A stretch of 64,000 nucleotides of DNA from Ignavibacteria bacterium (GCA_041917655.1 JAYRXC010000023.1:89809-153808); one strand, 5' to 3'; positions 36,395 to 45,141 are shown, numbered from the stretch's first letter. Program-made: numbers and translations. Notes: generated from the sequence alone by a model not told the origin.

Positions 36395-38005
36395 ATGAAA
36401 AAATTACTTATTCTGATATTGTTTCTTAGTATAACATCAGCTTATACACAGGTCTCACAGCAGTGGGTTTCCAGGTACAGCGCTTCCGGAGGCAGTGACT
36501 CTCCTACCGATATGGCAATAGATGCCGCAGGCAATGTATATGTTACCGGTATAAGCATTGTAAACGGCACAAGCTCCGATTTTTTAACAATAAAATATAA
36601 TGCGGCGGGGGTGCAGCAATGGGAATCGAGGTTCATTGGAAACGGTGGATCGAACAACGACGAAGCATATTCTATTGGCCTGGATGCTTCCGGGAATGTT
36701 TACGTTGGAGGAACAAGTTTTGGAGGAGGTACAAGCCTGGATATCATGATCGTAAAATACAGTAACTCAGGTTCGGTAATCTGGGAAGTAAGATATACCA
36801 ATGCCGAAGCGCGTGAAGATGAGATAATAAAAATGATAGTTGATGGAGCAGGCAATATTTATGTGGGCGGAATTTCGACCTATGCTGCAACCCAAAAGGA
36901 TTTCGTTGTTTTGAAGTATAACTCAGCCGGGCAGCTGCAATGGGCAAGAACTTACAACAACAGCGGTAATAACAATGACTACCTCTCTAATATAGCGGTG
37001 GATGCATCTGGAAATGTATATGCTACAGGCTCCAGCTACGTACCCGGCAACAGCAGCGATTTTGTAACATTAAAATATAACTCAGCAGGTACACTACAGT
37101 ACGCTTATTCGCTGAATGTGGGGGGTGATGAAGTTGGGACTGAAATTGCGGTTGATGGTTCAGGTAACGCATATGTTTCCGGTTACACAGACGCATATGG
37201 TACCGGTTTCGACTTTTTTACCTATTCCCTTTCATCAACAGGCAGTTTCAGATGGCTGCACAGGTACAATGGAGGCGCTAATGCCGAAGACAGGCCGCAG
37301 GGAATAGTTGTTGATGCATCAGGTAATGTTTATGTTGCAGGATTCAGTAACCAGGGAGCAACAGGGTTTGACCTGCTGACTGTTAAGTATAATTCTTCAG
37401 GTGTTGAACAATGGGTAAGGCCATTAAATGTTGGCGGCGATGACAGGGCTTATGATGTGAGTATGGATGCCGGCGGCAATTTGTATCTAGCGGGTAAAAC
37501 CAATGCATATGGTACAGGCGATGATTTCCTTTCATGCTCATATAACTCAAACGGAGATTTCAGGTGGTTGATGGCATATAACAACGCACCCACAAACGGA
37601 AATGATTACGCGCTGAAAATTCTGACTGATGCTTCAGGAAACGTTTTTGTTACCGGGGCAAGCAGCGGAGGCGCCAATGATTACGCGACTATCAAGTACG
37701 CCTCAATTACAGGTATACAGCCGCTGAATAACGAAATTCCAAACGGGTATTCCCTGGATCAGAACTATCCAAATCCGTTCAACCCGGAAACACAGATACA
37801 GTTCAGTATCCCTGAACAGGGAACAGTTAAACTGGCGATATACGATATCAGCGGTAAAGAAGTTGCAAAACTGGTTGATGCTGATCTCGGTGCCGGTGTG
37901 TATAGTTACCGGTTTAATGCATCCGCTCTTTCAAGCGGAATGTATTTCTACAGAATTACAGCCGGCAGCTTCACAGAAACAAAAAAAATGATCTTGATTA
38001 AATAA
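36395..38005 (+). CDS. T9SS-sorted SBBP-repeat beta-propeller protein (tandem paralogue)
   Basis: Same repeat family (DASGNVYVTG, LKYNSAG.LQW), signal peptide, T9SS tail. Confidence 0.8.
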   Translation: MKKLLILILFLSITSAYTQVSQQWVSRYSASGGSDSPTDMAIDAAGNVYVTGISIVNGTSSDFLTIKYNAAGVQQWESRFIGNGGSNNDEAYSIGLDASGNVYVGGTSFGGGTSLDIMIVKYSNSGSVIWEVRYTNAEAREDEIIKMIVDGAGNIYVGGISTYAATQKDFVVLKYNSAGQLQWARTYNNSGNNNDYLSNIAVDASGNVYATGSSYVPGNSSDFVTLKYNSAGTLQYAYSLNVGGDEVGTEIAVDGSGNAYVSGYTDAYGTGFDFFTYSLSSTGSFRWLHRYNGGANAEDRPQGIVVDASGNVYVAGFSNQGATGFDLLTVKYNSSGVEQWVRPLNVGGDDRAYDVSMDAGGNLYLAGKTNAYGTGDDFLSCSYNSNGDFRWLMAYNNAPTNGNDYALKILTDASGNVFVTGASSGGANDYATIKYASITGIQPLNNEIPNGYSLDQNYPNPFNPETQIQFSIPEQGTVKLAIYDISGKEVAKLVDADLGAGVYSYRFNASALSSGMYFYRITAGSFTETKKMILIK

Positions 38006-38018
38006 AGGAGAACATAAT

Positions 38019-38186
38019 ATGAACGCGGCTGCAAAACCTTCGCTATTATCATCAGTTCTAACGGTACTCGTAATTACAATTCCCATTGTGATTGTTACTC
38101 AGCTGTTGGGTCTGGGAATAGGCACAGCAGGAATTGGTGTAATAATTGGTGTCTTATATGCCTTGATCAGGTACAAAAAAGCTTAA
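38019..38186 (+). CDS. 55-aa two-helix membrane peptide (MNAAAKPSLLSSVLTVLVITIPIVIVTQLLGLGIGTAGIGVIIGVLYALIRYKKA)
   Basis: Not in the ORF track. SD AAGGAGA lies 7 nt upstream and the start is 13 nt after the cargo stop. A terminator follows. Confidence 0.55.
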   Translation: MNAAAKPSLLSSVLTVLVITIPIVIVTQLLGLGIGTAGIGVIIGVLYALIRYKKA

Positions 38187-38200
38187 CCCAGCGATAGATA

Positions 38201-38231
38201 AAAAAAGCCCCGGTATTTTTCCGGGGCTTTT
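38201..38231. terminator. Bidirectional intrinsic terminator
   Basis: A6-gccccgg-tattttt-ccggggc-tttt. Confidence 0.75.
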
Positions 38232-38255
38232 AAATTTCACTTTGAATATCAAAAG

Positions 38256-38687
38256 CTATTTATAATAATAGATATATGAATTAAGGTTCTCTATCTCCTG
38301 TTTCTTTTCTTCCGCGTCTTCCTGCATCAGGTCGCGCATTGATACCACTCCAATGAGCTTTTCACCGTCTCTGACAGGCATATGCCTTATGCCTTCCTGC
38401 TGCATTATCTTCATGCAGTCATTATATGAATCGTGGGCTTCCATAAGGATAACACCCCTGGTCATGACTTCATCGATCGGGGTAACCTCCATGTTCAGCT
38501 TTCTGGCTGCGCACCTTATCATAAGGTCGCGTTCGGAAAAGATCCCTTTCAGCTTTCCGCCGTCATCCAGTACGGGCACTGCCCCAACATTATTTTTCGC
38601 CATCTCGCTTACAACTTCATAAACGGTCATACCCGTGTTTACATAGAACATACTTTTATTGGTACAGATATCACGAAGTGATTTCAT
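38256..38687 (-). CDS. CBS-pair domain protein
   Basis: Two CBS motifs (VGAVPVLDDGGKLKGIFSERDL; IRHMPVRDGEKLIGVVSMRDL). Confidence 0.8.
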   Translation of the reverse strand: MKSLRDICTNKSMFYVNTGMTVYEVVSEMAKNNVGAVPVLDDGGKLKGIFSERDLMIRCAARKLNMEVTPIDEVMTRGVILMEAHDSYNDCMKIMQQEGIRHMPVRDGEKLIGVVSMRDLMQEDAEEKKQEIENLNSYIYYYK

Positions 38688-38852
38688 GATGGTACTCCTT
38701 CCTATGCGTTATGCTTCCGGCATTGAGGGCCGGAAATGTTGTATTTCAATTTAACGGATTGCCTAAAGTTAATAATAAATGTATGCTAATGCAACTTCAT
38801 TGGAGCGTAAAAACGTATAAGAAAAGGTTAAAATGAGGTTAAATTGCAGTTG

Positions 38853-39068
38853 TCAGTCTGGCAGCTCTTCACAGAAACAGTCCTGGAGCGCCAATATCCT
38901 TTCAATTTCCGAAGCCGGGATCCCCGCTGCTTCAACGCGAAGTATGTTTTCAGAATCCTCCAGGTCAAAAGTCCACTTGTAAACACCCTTCAGCGAGTTA
39001 AGGTGTGGGGCTAATTTTTTAATATCATCTTCCTTTTCAACTCCTGTTCTGAAAACATATACTTCCAT
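38853..39068 (-). CDS. 71-aa hypothetical protein, last gene of the ECF sigma cluster
   Basis: ORF with an alpha/beta-like pattern and no recognisable motif. Confidence 0.45.
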   Translation of the reverse strand: MEVYVFRTGVEKEDDIKKLAPHLNSLKGVYKWTFDLEDSENILRVEAAGIPASEIERILALQDCFCEELPD

Positions 39069-39107
39069 TGAATTGTTCTCCGTGTAAATTTTTCGGGTGA
39101 TTGCAGC

Positions 39108-39515
39108 TTAAGCCGGTTTGTTTTCGCCGGCTGGATTTCCTGCACCATCCTTCTTTTCGTTTTCGGTGCAGATATCATCAACGAAGCTGAAGCGGCTGCT
39201 GCATTTTGAGCGGAACTTCTCTTTTTCCTCCGGTGTCATGGCTTCGTACTTGGCTCTTAATTTATGCTTCCACATTTCATCGGGGTAATGATGGTGCCTT
39301 TTGCCGAATCCTCGCCCCATTGTGCCGAATAATATTTTTGAAAGAAGGAGCAGTCCGGCGGCTTGCCAATAGCTTACTACCGGCCCGCTGAATATTGCGG
39401 GAATGAGCGCATTCCAAAGTAACATTACTATTACAGAGGAAACCGCGAGAATCAGAATCATCTTTATAAGGAACAGGGGTCCCCTGATATATTTTTTGTG
39501 TTTCATATCGTTCAA
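39108..39515 (-). CDS. Single-pass/two-TM membrane protein, candidate anti-sigma or Spy/CpxP-like partner
   Basis: Lies 20 nt downstream of the ECF sigma gene. N-terminal TM helices and a charged tail with an LTxxQ-like MTPEEKEKF. Confidence 0.4.
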   Translation of the reverse strand: MNDMKHKKYIRGPLFLIKMILILAVSSVIVMLLWNALIPAIFSGPVVSYWQAAGLLLLSKILFGTMGRGFGKRHHHYPDEMWKHKLRAKYEAMTPEEKEKFRSKCSSRFSFVDDICTENEKKDGAGNPAGENKPA

Positions 39516-39535
39516 TATTTAAATTTTTTAGTTGT

Positions 39536-40147
39536 TCAGGAAGTAATTTCATCATAAAGCTCCTGCAGCTCTTCTCTCAGGTACAGCTCGGCATATCTCT
39601 TTCTTGAAAGCAGGGTGTTAATACCGGTTCCGGTAATTTCAGATATTTCCCTGAAGCTTTTCCCTTCAAGCTCATGCATGATGAAAACTTCTCTTTGTTT
39701 TTCGGGCAGATTGTTAAGCAGCTCTTCGAGCATTGGCCAGAATTCCTGCCTGGTGAATAAAATATCCTGTGACTGTGTATCTTTGAAATGGCTGTCTTCC
39801 ATCCTGTACGAAGTATTGAGCTCGTCATCGAAAGTGTGTTCGTTCATTTTATCAAGCGAAACGGGTTTGATCTTCCTGTACCAGTCAATGATCTTGTTTG
39901 AGGCGGCCTTAAAAAGCCATGATGCGGCTTTTTCTATCGGGTCTTCACGCATGGTTTTGGTGAACTGGTAGAATACATCCTGCAGAATATCTTCAGCATC
40001 AGATTCAACTGCAACCCTGCGTTTTATGAAGCCAAGCAGCCTCGGCGACTCCTTTTCGATAACTTCCTTTAAACGGGAGTTTTGTTTTTCCAGTTTTTCC
40101 TTCAACTTATGATCTTCCGGAAGCTCCCTTTGTACAGCTATTTCCAT
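39536..40147 (-). CDS. ECF-type RNA polymerase sigma-70 family factor
   Basis: Region 2 (DAEDILQDVFYQF..W.FKAASNKIIDWYRK) and region 4 HTH (LPEKQREVFIMHELEGKSFREISEITGTGINTLLSRKRYA). Confidence 0.85.
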   Translation of the reverse strand: MEIAVQRELPEDHKLKEKLEKQNSRLKEVIEKESPRLLGFIKRRVAVESDAEDILQDVFYQFTKTMREDPIEKAASWLFKAASNKIIDWYRKIKPVSLDKMNEHTFDDELNTSYRMEDSHFKDTQSQDILFTRQEFWPMLEELLNNLPEKQREVFIMHELEGKSFREISEITGTGINTLLSRKRYAELYLREELQELYDEITS

Positions 40148-40426
40148 TTAGTAAAACAGGATCTTTTATTAACATCTTTCCTTTACATTCATTGAGACGG
40201 TTCCTCCAAAATAATATTTTATTATTAAATAATATGTTGTAATGTAAAACCCATTGAAGTACTTCCTTGGTTTAAAATAATAAAGTATGTAATTGTAAAC
40301 AGCAGTATTTTATTGCTTTAATTTACCCGTTTCACATAATCTGTTTTTGTTGATTCTGTTTGCGGATATTGCTAACTTGTAAGAATTTTTAATTAATTTC
40401 GAACATTTCTAAAAGGAGAACAAAGA

Positions 40427-41653
40427 ATGAAAACACACCTTCATACCATCTTGTTTATGCTTATTTTTATTACGGCTGTTTCAAAATCAGACTGGCAGCC
40501 GCAAACTTCAGGCACCACCGAAAATCTTTATTCGGTTTATTTCCTGAACGAAGTTTCCGGCTGGGCAGTTGGCGCTAACGGAAAGATCATTAATACCACC
40601 AATGGCGGTACTACATGGACACCACAGAGCTCAGGTACAACACAAACTCTCTTCAGCGTGAAATTTGTAACGCAGAGCGTTGGATATATTGTAGGCAGCC
40701 TGAATACTTCGCTCAGAACTACAAACGGCGGGGTAAACTGGGTATCAATGGGGATCGCAAACATGACCAGCATCAATGACATAGATTTCGGGGATATAAA
40801 CACAGGCTATGTTTGCGGGGCCGATGGCGATATTTCTAAAACGACTAACGGCGGAACAAACTGGGTGAAGTCTGATGTTTCAAGTACCGATTTTTTTGTG
40901 ATTGATGCAGTTGATGATAACACTGTTTATGTATGCGGTATCAGCGGAACTATCTACCGAACAACCAACGGCGGTACAAACTGGACGCAGCAGATAACAG
41001 GCTCCAATAATTACATAAGCAGCATAGTATTCACAGATGCATCGAACGGTTATTTTACTACGCTGGGGCTAAGTGAAGATGTACGCCGAACAACCAACGG
41101 CGGACTGAACTGGGCTGCGGTTACTTCTCCCGGTAATTCACCCGGGCTTAATGATCTTTTTGCCGTTTCATCTTCTGTTGTTTATGGAGTAGGACCAAAC
41201 GGCATAATTAGAAGAACTACAAATAGCGGATCAAGCTGGGAGCGGCAGCCCTCAGGTGATACGGTTTCTTTCTTCAGGGGCATTCACATGGCAAGCTCAA
41301 ATGTTGGCTATATAGTTGGAAACGGAGGCAAAATACTGAAGACTTTAAATGGAGGAATTGGAATTCAGCAGATCAGCACAACCGTACCCGCTGGATTTAA
41401 GCTGGAGCAAAACTATCCTAACCCGTTTAACCCGGTTACGAATATAGAGTTTTCGATACCCTCCAGCGGTAACGTGAAGCTCTCGGTGTTTGATGTATCT
41501 GGAAGGAGCATTGAAACGCTGGTTAACGGTAAGCTGCAGGCGGGTGTATATAAAGCAGATTTCAATGCAGGTGAACTTGCAAGCGGTATTTATTTCTATA
41601 CGCTGGAATCACCCGGTTTCAGCATTACCAAAAAGATGATATTAGTGAAATAG
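40427..41653 (+). CDS. T9SS-sorted Ycf48/BNR-like beta-propeller protein
   Basis: About seven T(T/L)NGG.(N/T)W repeats, signal peptide, T9SS tail, SD AAGGAGA. Confidence 0.8.
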   Translation: MKTHLHTILFMLIFITAVSKSDWQPQTSGTTENLYSVYFLNEVSGWAVGANGKIINTTNGGTTWTPQSSGTTQTLFSVKFVTQSVGYIVGSLNTSLRTTNGGVNWVSMGIANMTSINDIDFGDINTGYVCGADGDISKTTNGGTNWVKSDVSSTDFFVIDAVDDNTVYVCGISGTIYRTTNGGTNWTQQITGSNNYISSIVFTDASNGYFTTLGLSEDVRRTTNGGLNWAAVTSPGNSPGLNDLFAVSSSVVYGVGPNGIIRRTTNSGSSWERQPSGDTVSFFRGIHMASSNVGYIVGNGGKILKTLNGGIGIQQISTTVPAGFKLEQNYPNPFNPVTNIEFSIPSSGNVKLSVFDVSGRSIETLVNGKLQAGVYKADFNAGELASGIYFYTLESPGFSITKKMILVK

Positions 41654-41681
41654 GACGAATCTTAGATAAGTTGTTTTAAAA

Positions 41682-41786
41682 GGGGCTGTATCAAAAGTGC
41701 TTTGTCATTCCTGCGCAGGCAGGAATCTTGAGAAATTCAAACACAATTTTTCAGTGACATTGATATTGATATAGCCTCTTTTTTTT
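41682..41786 (+). terminator. Split terminator: an 11-bp stem (with G-U pairs on the plus strand only) plus T8, interrupted by a 75-nt insert carrying a hairpin element
   Basis: ggggctgtatc (41682-41692) pairs with gatatagcctc (41768-41778), followed by T8. Inner hairpin attcctgc-gcag-gcaggaat (41707-41726). Confidence 0.45.
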
Positions 41787-41905
41787 GATCACATTTCATT
41801 CAAAAGCAGCTCAATTGACATGCCAAGTCTAAGATTTACCCTAATAATTATTTCCTTTTAATAAATCATAAACAGAAGTAATTTTGCTATAATCAATAAT
41901 GTAAT

Positions 41906-42904
41906 TTGCAGGAAAACCAGCCGTACCAAAATTTCGAAACTATACCGCAGTATCAGCAGGTTCAGAAGCCGGTAAAAAAAGGTATTGGCCCCTGGCTGAA
42001 CATACTCTTGTTTGCTCTGACATTTATCACAACAACAATGGCAGGCGTTGCATGGCTGAACCGTGACCCGATGGATATCTCGAATTTTCATCTCGGGCTT
42101 ACCTATGCAATACTGATATTGACCTTTCTCACTTTCCATGAATTCGGGCATTACTTCGCGGCGCGTATTCATAAGATCGATGTCACGCTTCCATTTTATA
42201 TTCCGTTCCCTATGATACTCAATCCGTTCGGCACAATGGGCGCAGTTATAAGGATGCGCCAGCAGGTGAATTCTCGCAAAGCGCTTTTTGATATCGGCAT
42301 AGCGGGTCCGATAGCCGGATTCATAGTCGCTGCCGGAATGCTTATCTACGGCATGACGCATCTTCCGCCATTTGAGTATATTTATGATATACATCCCGAA
42401 TACCAGACAACAGGCGTTCCAACCAGCGGATTTGCGTTTGGCCCGAATTTACTATATTTAATGTTCGCGAAGCTGTTCACTTCATCACCGGATGTTTTTA
42501 TGCCGCCAATGAATGAAATGTACCATTATCCTTTCTTATGCGTAGGATGGTTTGGCCTGCTGGTGACAGCGCTGAACCTGCTGCCTGTGGGGCAGCTTGA
42601 TGGCGGACATATTGTTTATGCGATATTCAAAGGTAAAAGCAAATATGTTGCGCGCACGTTTTTCGGGATAATACTCGGTATGGGATTGATCGGTTTGCTG
42701 CCATTTATTGGTATTGAGATGTTCGCGCAATACGGCTTATTAAACTGGCTGGTATGGGCTGTGCTGATATTTTTTGTAATAAAGATCGATCATCCGCCTT
42801 TCTATGACCCTGAGCCGCTGAGCTTTGGAAGGAAGCTTCTCGGACTCTTCGCGCTGTTCATGTTTGTCACATCATTTACGCCTGTTCCCTTTACGGATAT
42901 ATAA
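41906..42904 (+). CDS. Site-2 protease family (M50) membrane metalloprotease
   Basis: HEFGHYFAARIH zinc motif in a TM helix and a distal LNLLPVGQLDGGH motif. TTG start is uncertain. Confidence 0.8.
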   Translation: MQENQPYQNFETIPQYQQVQKPVKKGIGPWLNILLFALTFITTTMAGVAWLNRDPMDISNFHLGLTYAILILTFLTFHEFGHYFAARIHKIDVTLPFYIPFPMILNPFGTMGAVIRMRQQVNSRKALFDIGIAGPIAGFIVAAGMLIYGMTHLPPFEYIYDIHPEYQTTGVPTSGFAFGPNLLYLMFAKLFTSSPDVFMPPMNEMYHYPFLCVGWFGLLVTALNLLPVGQLDGGHIVYAIFKGKSKYVARTFFGIILGMGLIGLLPFIGIEMFAQYGLLNWLVWAVLIFFVIKIDHPPFYDPEPLSFGRKLLGLFALFMFVTSFTPVPFTDI

Positions 42905-42945
42905 TTATAATCTAGTTTAGTAAGGAAGTATAGATTTAAGATCGT

Positions 42946-43455
42946 TTAGTCTGTTGAGGCCTCTACAAGCTTCATATTATCTGAGTTTAGGAACCAAATG
43001 AACCTTCCGGTTTCTTTTTCCGGATCAAACTCAATTTTGCAGACACTGGAATTCTTGAAATTGATCTGCGAAACATTTCTGGGGTTTTCGGTGATCATTC
43101 CGGTAGAGAATATATTCACATCAGGCGCATGGCCAAACAGGGCAATGCTTCCGAAATGCGAATTGCGTTTAATGAACTGCTTGAAACGGTTGAATGAGCT
43201 TCCGCCGATAAGCTCGATCGCTGTACGCACTTCGCCGTTATACTTAAGCACTGATGAAAACAGTTCTGCCGTTTGCAGTGCTCTAACTAATGGACTCGAA
43301 AAGACTCCATCCAGCTCAATTCTCATATCTTTCAGCCTTTGAGCCACAATTTTGCAGTGATTCCTTCCGTGAATAGTTAAATACCTGTAGCTTTCTTCTG
43401 CAATTTCATTATCAAGATCTGCTGCAACCCCGTGTCTTACAATATAAATATCCAT
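42946..43455 (-). CDS. sixA: Phosphohistidine phosphatase SixA-like (histidine phosphatase superfamily)
   Basis: MDIYIVRHGVA..(RHG motif) and GHAP. The start overlaps the mtaB stop (TAATG). Confidence 0.7.
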   Translation of the reverse strand: MDIYIVRHGVAADLDNEIAEESYRYLTIHGRNHCKIVAQRLKDMRIELDGVFSSPLVRALQTAELFSSVLKYNGEVRTAIELIGGSSFNRFKQFIKRNSHFGSIALFGHAPDVNIFSTGMITENPRNVSQINFKNSSVCKIEFDPEKETGRFIWFLNSDNMKLVEASTD

Positions 43456-44765
43456 TATTCTGCTATCCTGCCTTCACCAAAGTTCCAATTTTCGGCTGTG
43501 GTAATTTCAAACTGTTTGATCTGATTTTCTATTTGGCTTTCAGCAACTGTGCGTACTTTAACATAATTTTCTGTAAATCCGTATATAAAGTCATCTTCGC
43601 GGATAGTTTCGAAAAGCACCTTGTGTTTTTTACCTGCGTTACTTTGGTAGAATTTAAGCCTCTTTGCGTTGGAAAGCTCCCTCAGCATCCGGCTTCTTTC
43701 TTTCCGAACGTTCATACCAACCCTGCCGGGCATTGTGACTGCATGCGTGTTCCTTCTTTCAGAATACGTGAATACATGCAGGTAGCTTGCAGGCAATGAT
43801 TCCAGGAATGCATAAGTATTATTGAAACGCTCTTCAGTTTCGCCCGGGAAACCAACAATAACATCAACACCTATCCCGCAGTTTGGTATAGTATCTTTTA
43901 TCTTATAAATAAGCTTTTCATAAAAATCCCTGTTATACCTTCTTCGCATCAGCTTCAGTGTTTCAGGGTCACCGCTTTGCAGCGGTATATGAAAATGGCT
44001 GCAGAAGCTGTTTGAGCTCTTTACCAGTTGGATGATCTCATCGGTCAAAAGGTTTGGCTCAATTGAGCTTATTCTTATTCTCGGAATATTCAGCTTATCA
44101 AGCTCATACAGCACATCAATAAGCTTGAGGTTCTTTCCTGTGGAATCCGTATAATCATAGTCTCCCGTGTTTACGCCTGTAAGAACTATCTCCTTGTAAC
44201 CGCTATCCAATAGCTGCCTGGCATTTTGAATTACACTTGTAATATTCTGGCTTCTTGAAGCTCCTCTTGCCATTGGAATGGTACAGAACGAACAATTGTA
44301 ATCACAGCCATCCTGTATCTTCAAAAACGCGCGGGTCCTTGATTCAACATCCGACGAATACGCGTATTCAAACTCTGTTACTTCGTTAATAGGCGAAGTA
44401 AACACGCATGAAAGATCTTTTTTCTCGAAACCATTCACATAATCAAACAGCCTGAACTTTTCGTTCGCACCCAGAACAAGATCAACACCGTGTATCTCAG
44501 CAATCTCATGCGGCTGAAGCTGGGCATAGCAGCCGGTTACAATAATATATGTATCGGGATTCCTGCCAAGCACGCTGCGGATGATCTGCCTGCACTCTTT
44601 ATCAGCGTTATCTGTTACCGAGCATGTATTGAGCACAAATATATCAGACTTCTCCCCGTACTCTTTCAGGTCAAATCCGTTATTGTGGAATTTGCCCGCA
44701 AGTGTGGAAGTTTCTGAGTAATTCAGCTTACATCCAAGTGTATGTAATGAAACAGATTTCGGCAT
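43455..44765 (-). CDS. mtaB: tRNA t6A37 methylthiotransferase MtaB (radical SAM)
   Basis: N-terminal TLGCKLNYSETS, radical-SAM CDYNCSFCTIP, C-terminal TRAM-like region. Confidence 0.75.
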   Translation of the reverse strand: MPKSVSLHTLGCKLNYSETSTLAGKFHNNGFDLKEYGEKSDIFVLNTCSVTDNADKECRQIIRSVLGRNPDTYIIVTGCYAQLQPHEIAEIHGVDLVLGANEKFRLFDYVNGFEKKDLSCVFTSPINEVTEFEYAYSSDVESRTRAFLKIQDGCDYNCSFCTIPMARGASRSQNITSVIQNARQLLDSGYKEIVLTGVNTGDYDYTDSTGKNLKLIDVLYELDKLNIPRIRISSIEPNLLTDEIIQLVKSSNSFCSHFHIPLQSGDPETLKLMRRRYNRDFYEKLIYKIKDTIPNCGIGVDVIVGFPGETEERFNNTYAFLESLPASYLHVFTYSERRNTHAVTMPGRVGMNVRKERSRMLRELSNAKRLKFYQSNAGKKHKVLFETIREDDFIYGFTENYVKVRTVAESQIENQIKQFEITTAENWNFGEGRIAE

Positions 44766-44828
44766 AATACAAAGTTACTAACAATTACCGAGAGTTTTAA
44801 TGGCAAATTACGTTCACTTTTGGCGTAG

Positions 44829-45095
44829 AAAAGGGCTTTTGCACTCGACAGTAAAACATTTTAAAAGTGAGTTTTTTACCCTCACCCCCAGTCCCCTCTC
44901 CCAGAGGGAGAGGGGAGTAAAAAATCGAGAATTCTGTTTTTCCCTCTCTCTTTTTAGGAGAGGGGGTTAGGTCCGAAGGACACCTTTGGAGGGGTGAGGT
45001 CAAACATTCTGTGCTTTTCGAACAAAAAGTTTCTTCAATCAAAGTTATTCAGATTTTATGCTTGCTGTCGTGTACTTAAAAGGGCTTTTTGCACT
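44829..45095. mobile_element. MITE-like ~230-bp GC-hairpin insert flanked by the 17-nt direct repeat AAAAGGGCTTTT(T)GCACT
   Basis: Direct repeat at 44829-44845 and 45078-45095. Imperfect terminal inverted repeat cgacag.. (44846) / ..ctgtcg (45065-45070). Interior hairpins cccctctcc/ggagagggg plus long-range cctcacccc/ggggtgagg. Confidence 0.45.
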
Positions 45096-45141
45096 GATTT
45101 TTGTATAGTTTTACAACACTGAAAATTCATAAATTGTGTAC

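Noticed and set aside
44797-45042. 81-aa ORF (..PLPLGEGTGGEG..), and likewise ORF 2828-3019
   Set aside because: Both are translations of GC-rich palindromic repeat DNA. They have no SD and low-complexity composition, and the same DNA reads open on both strands.
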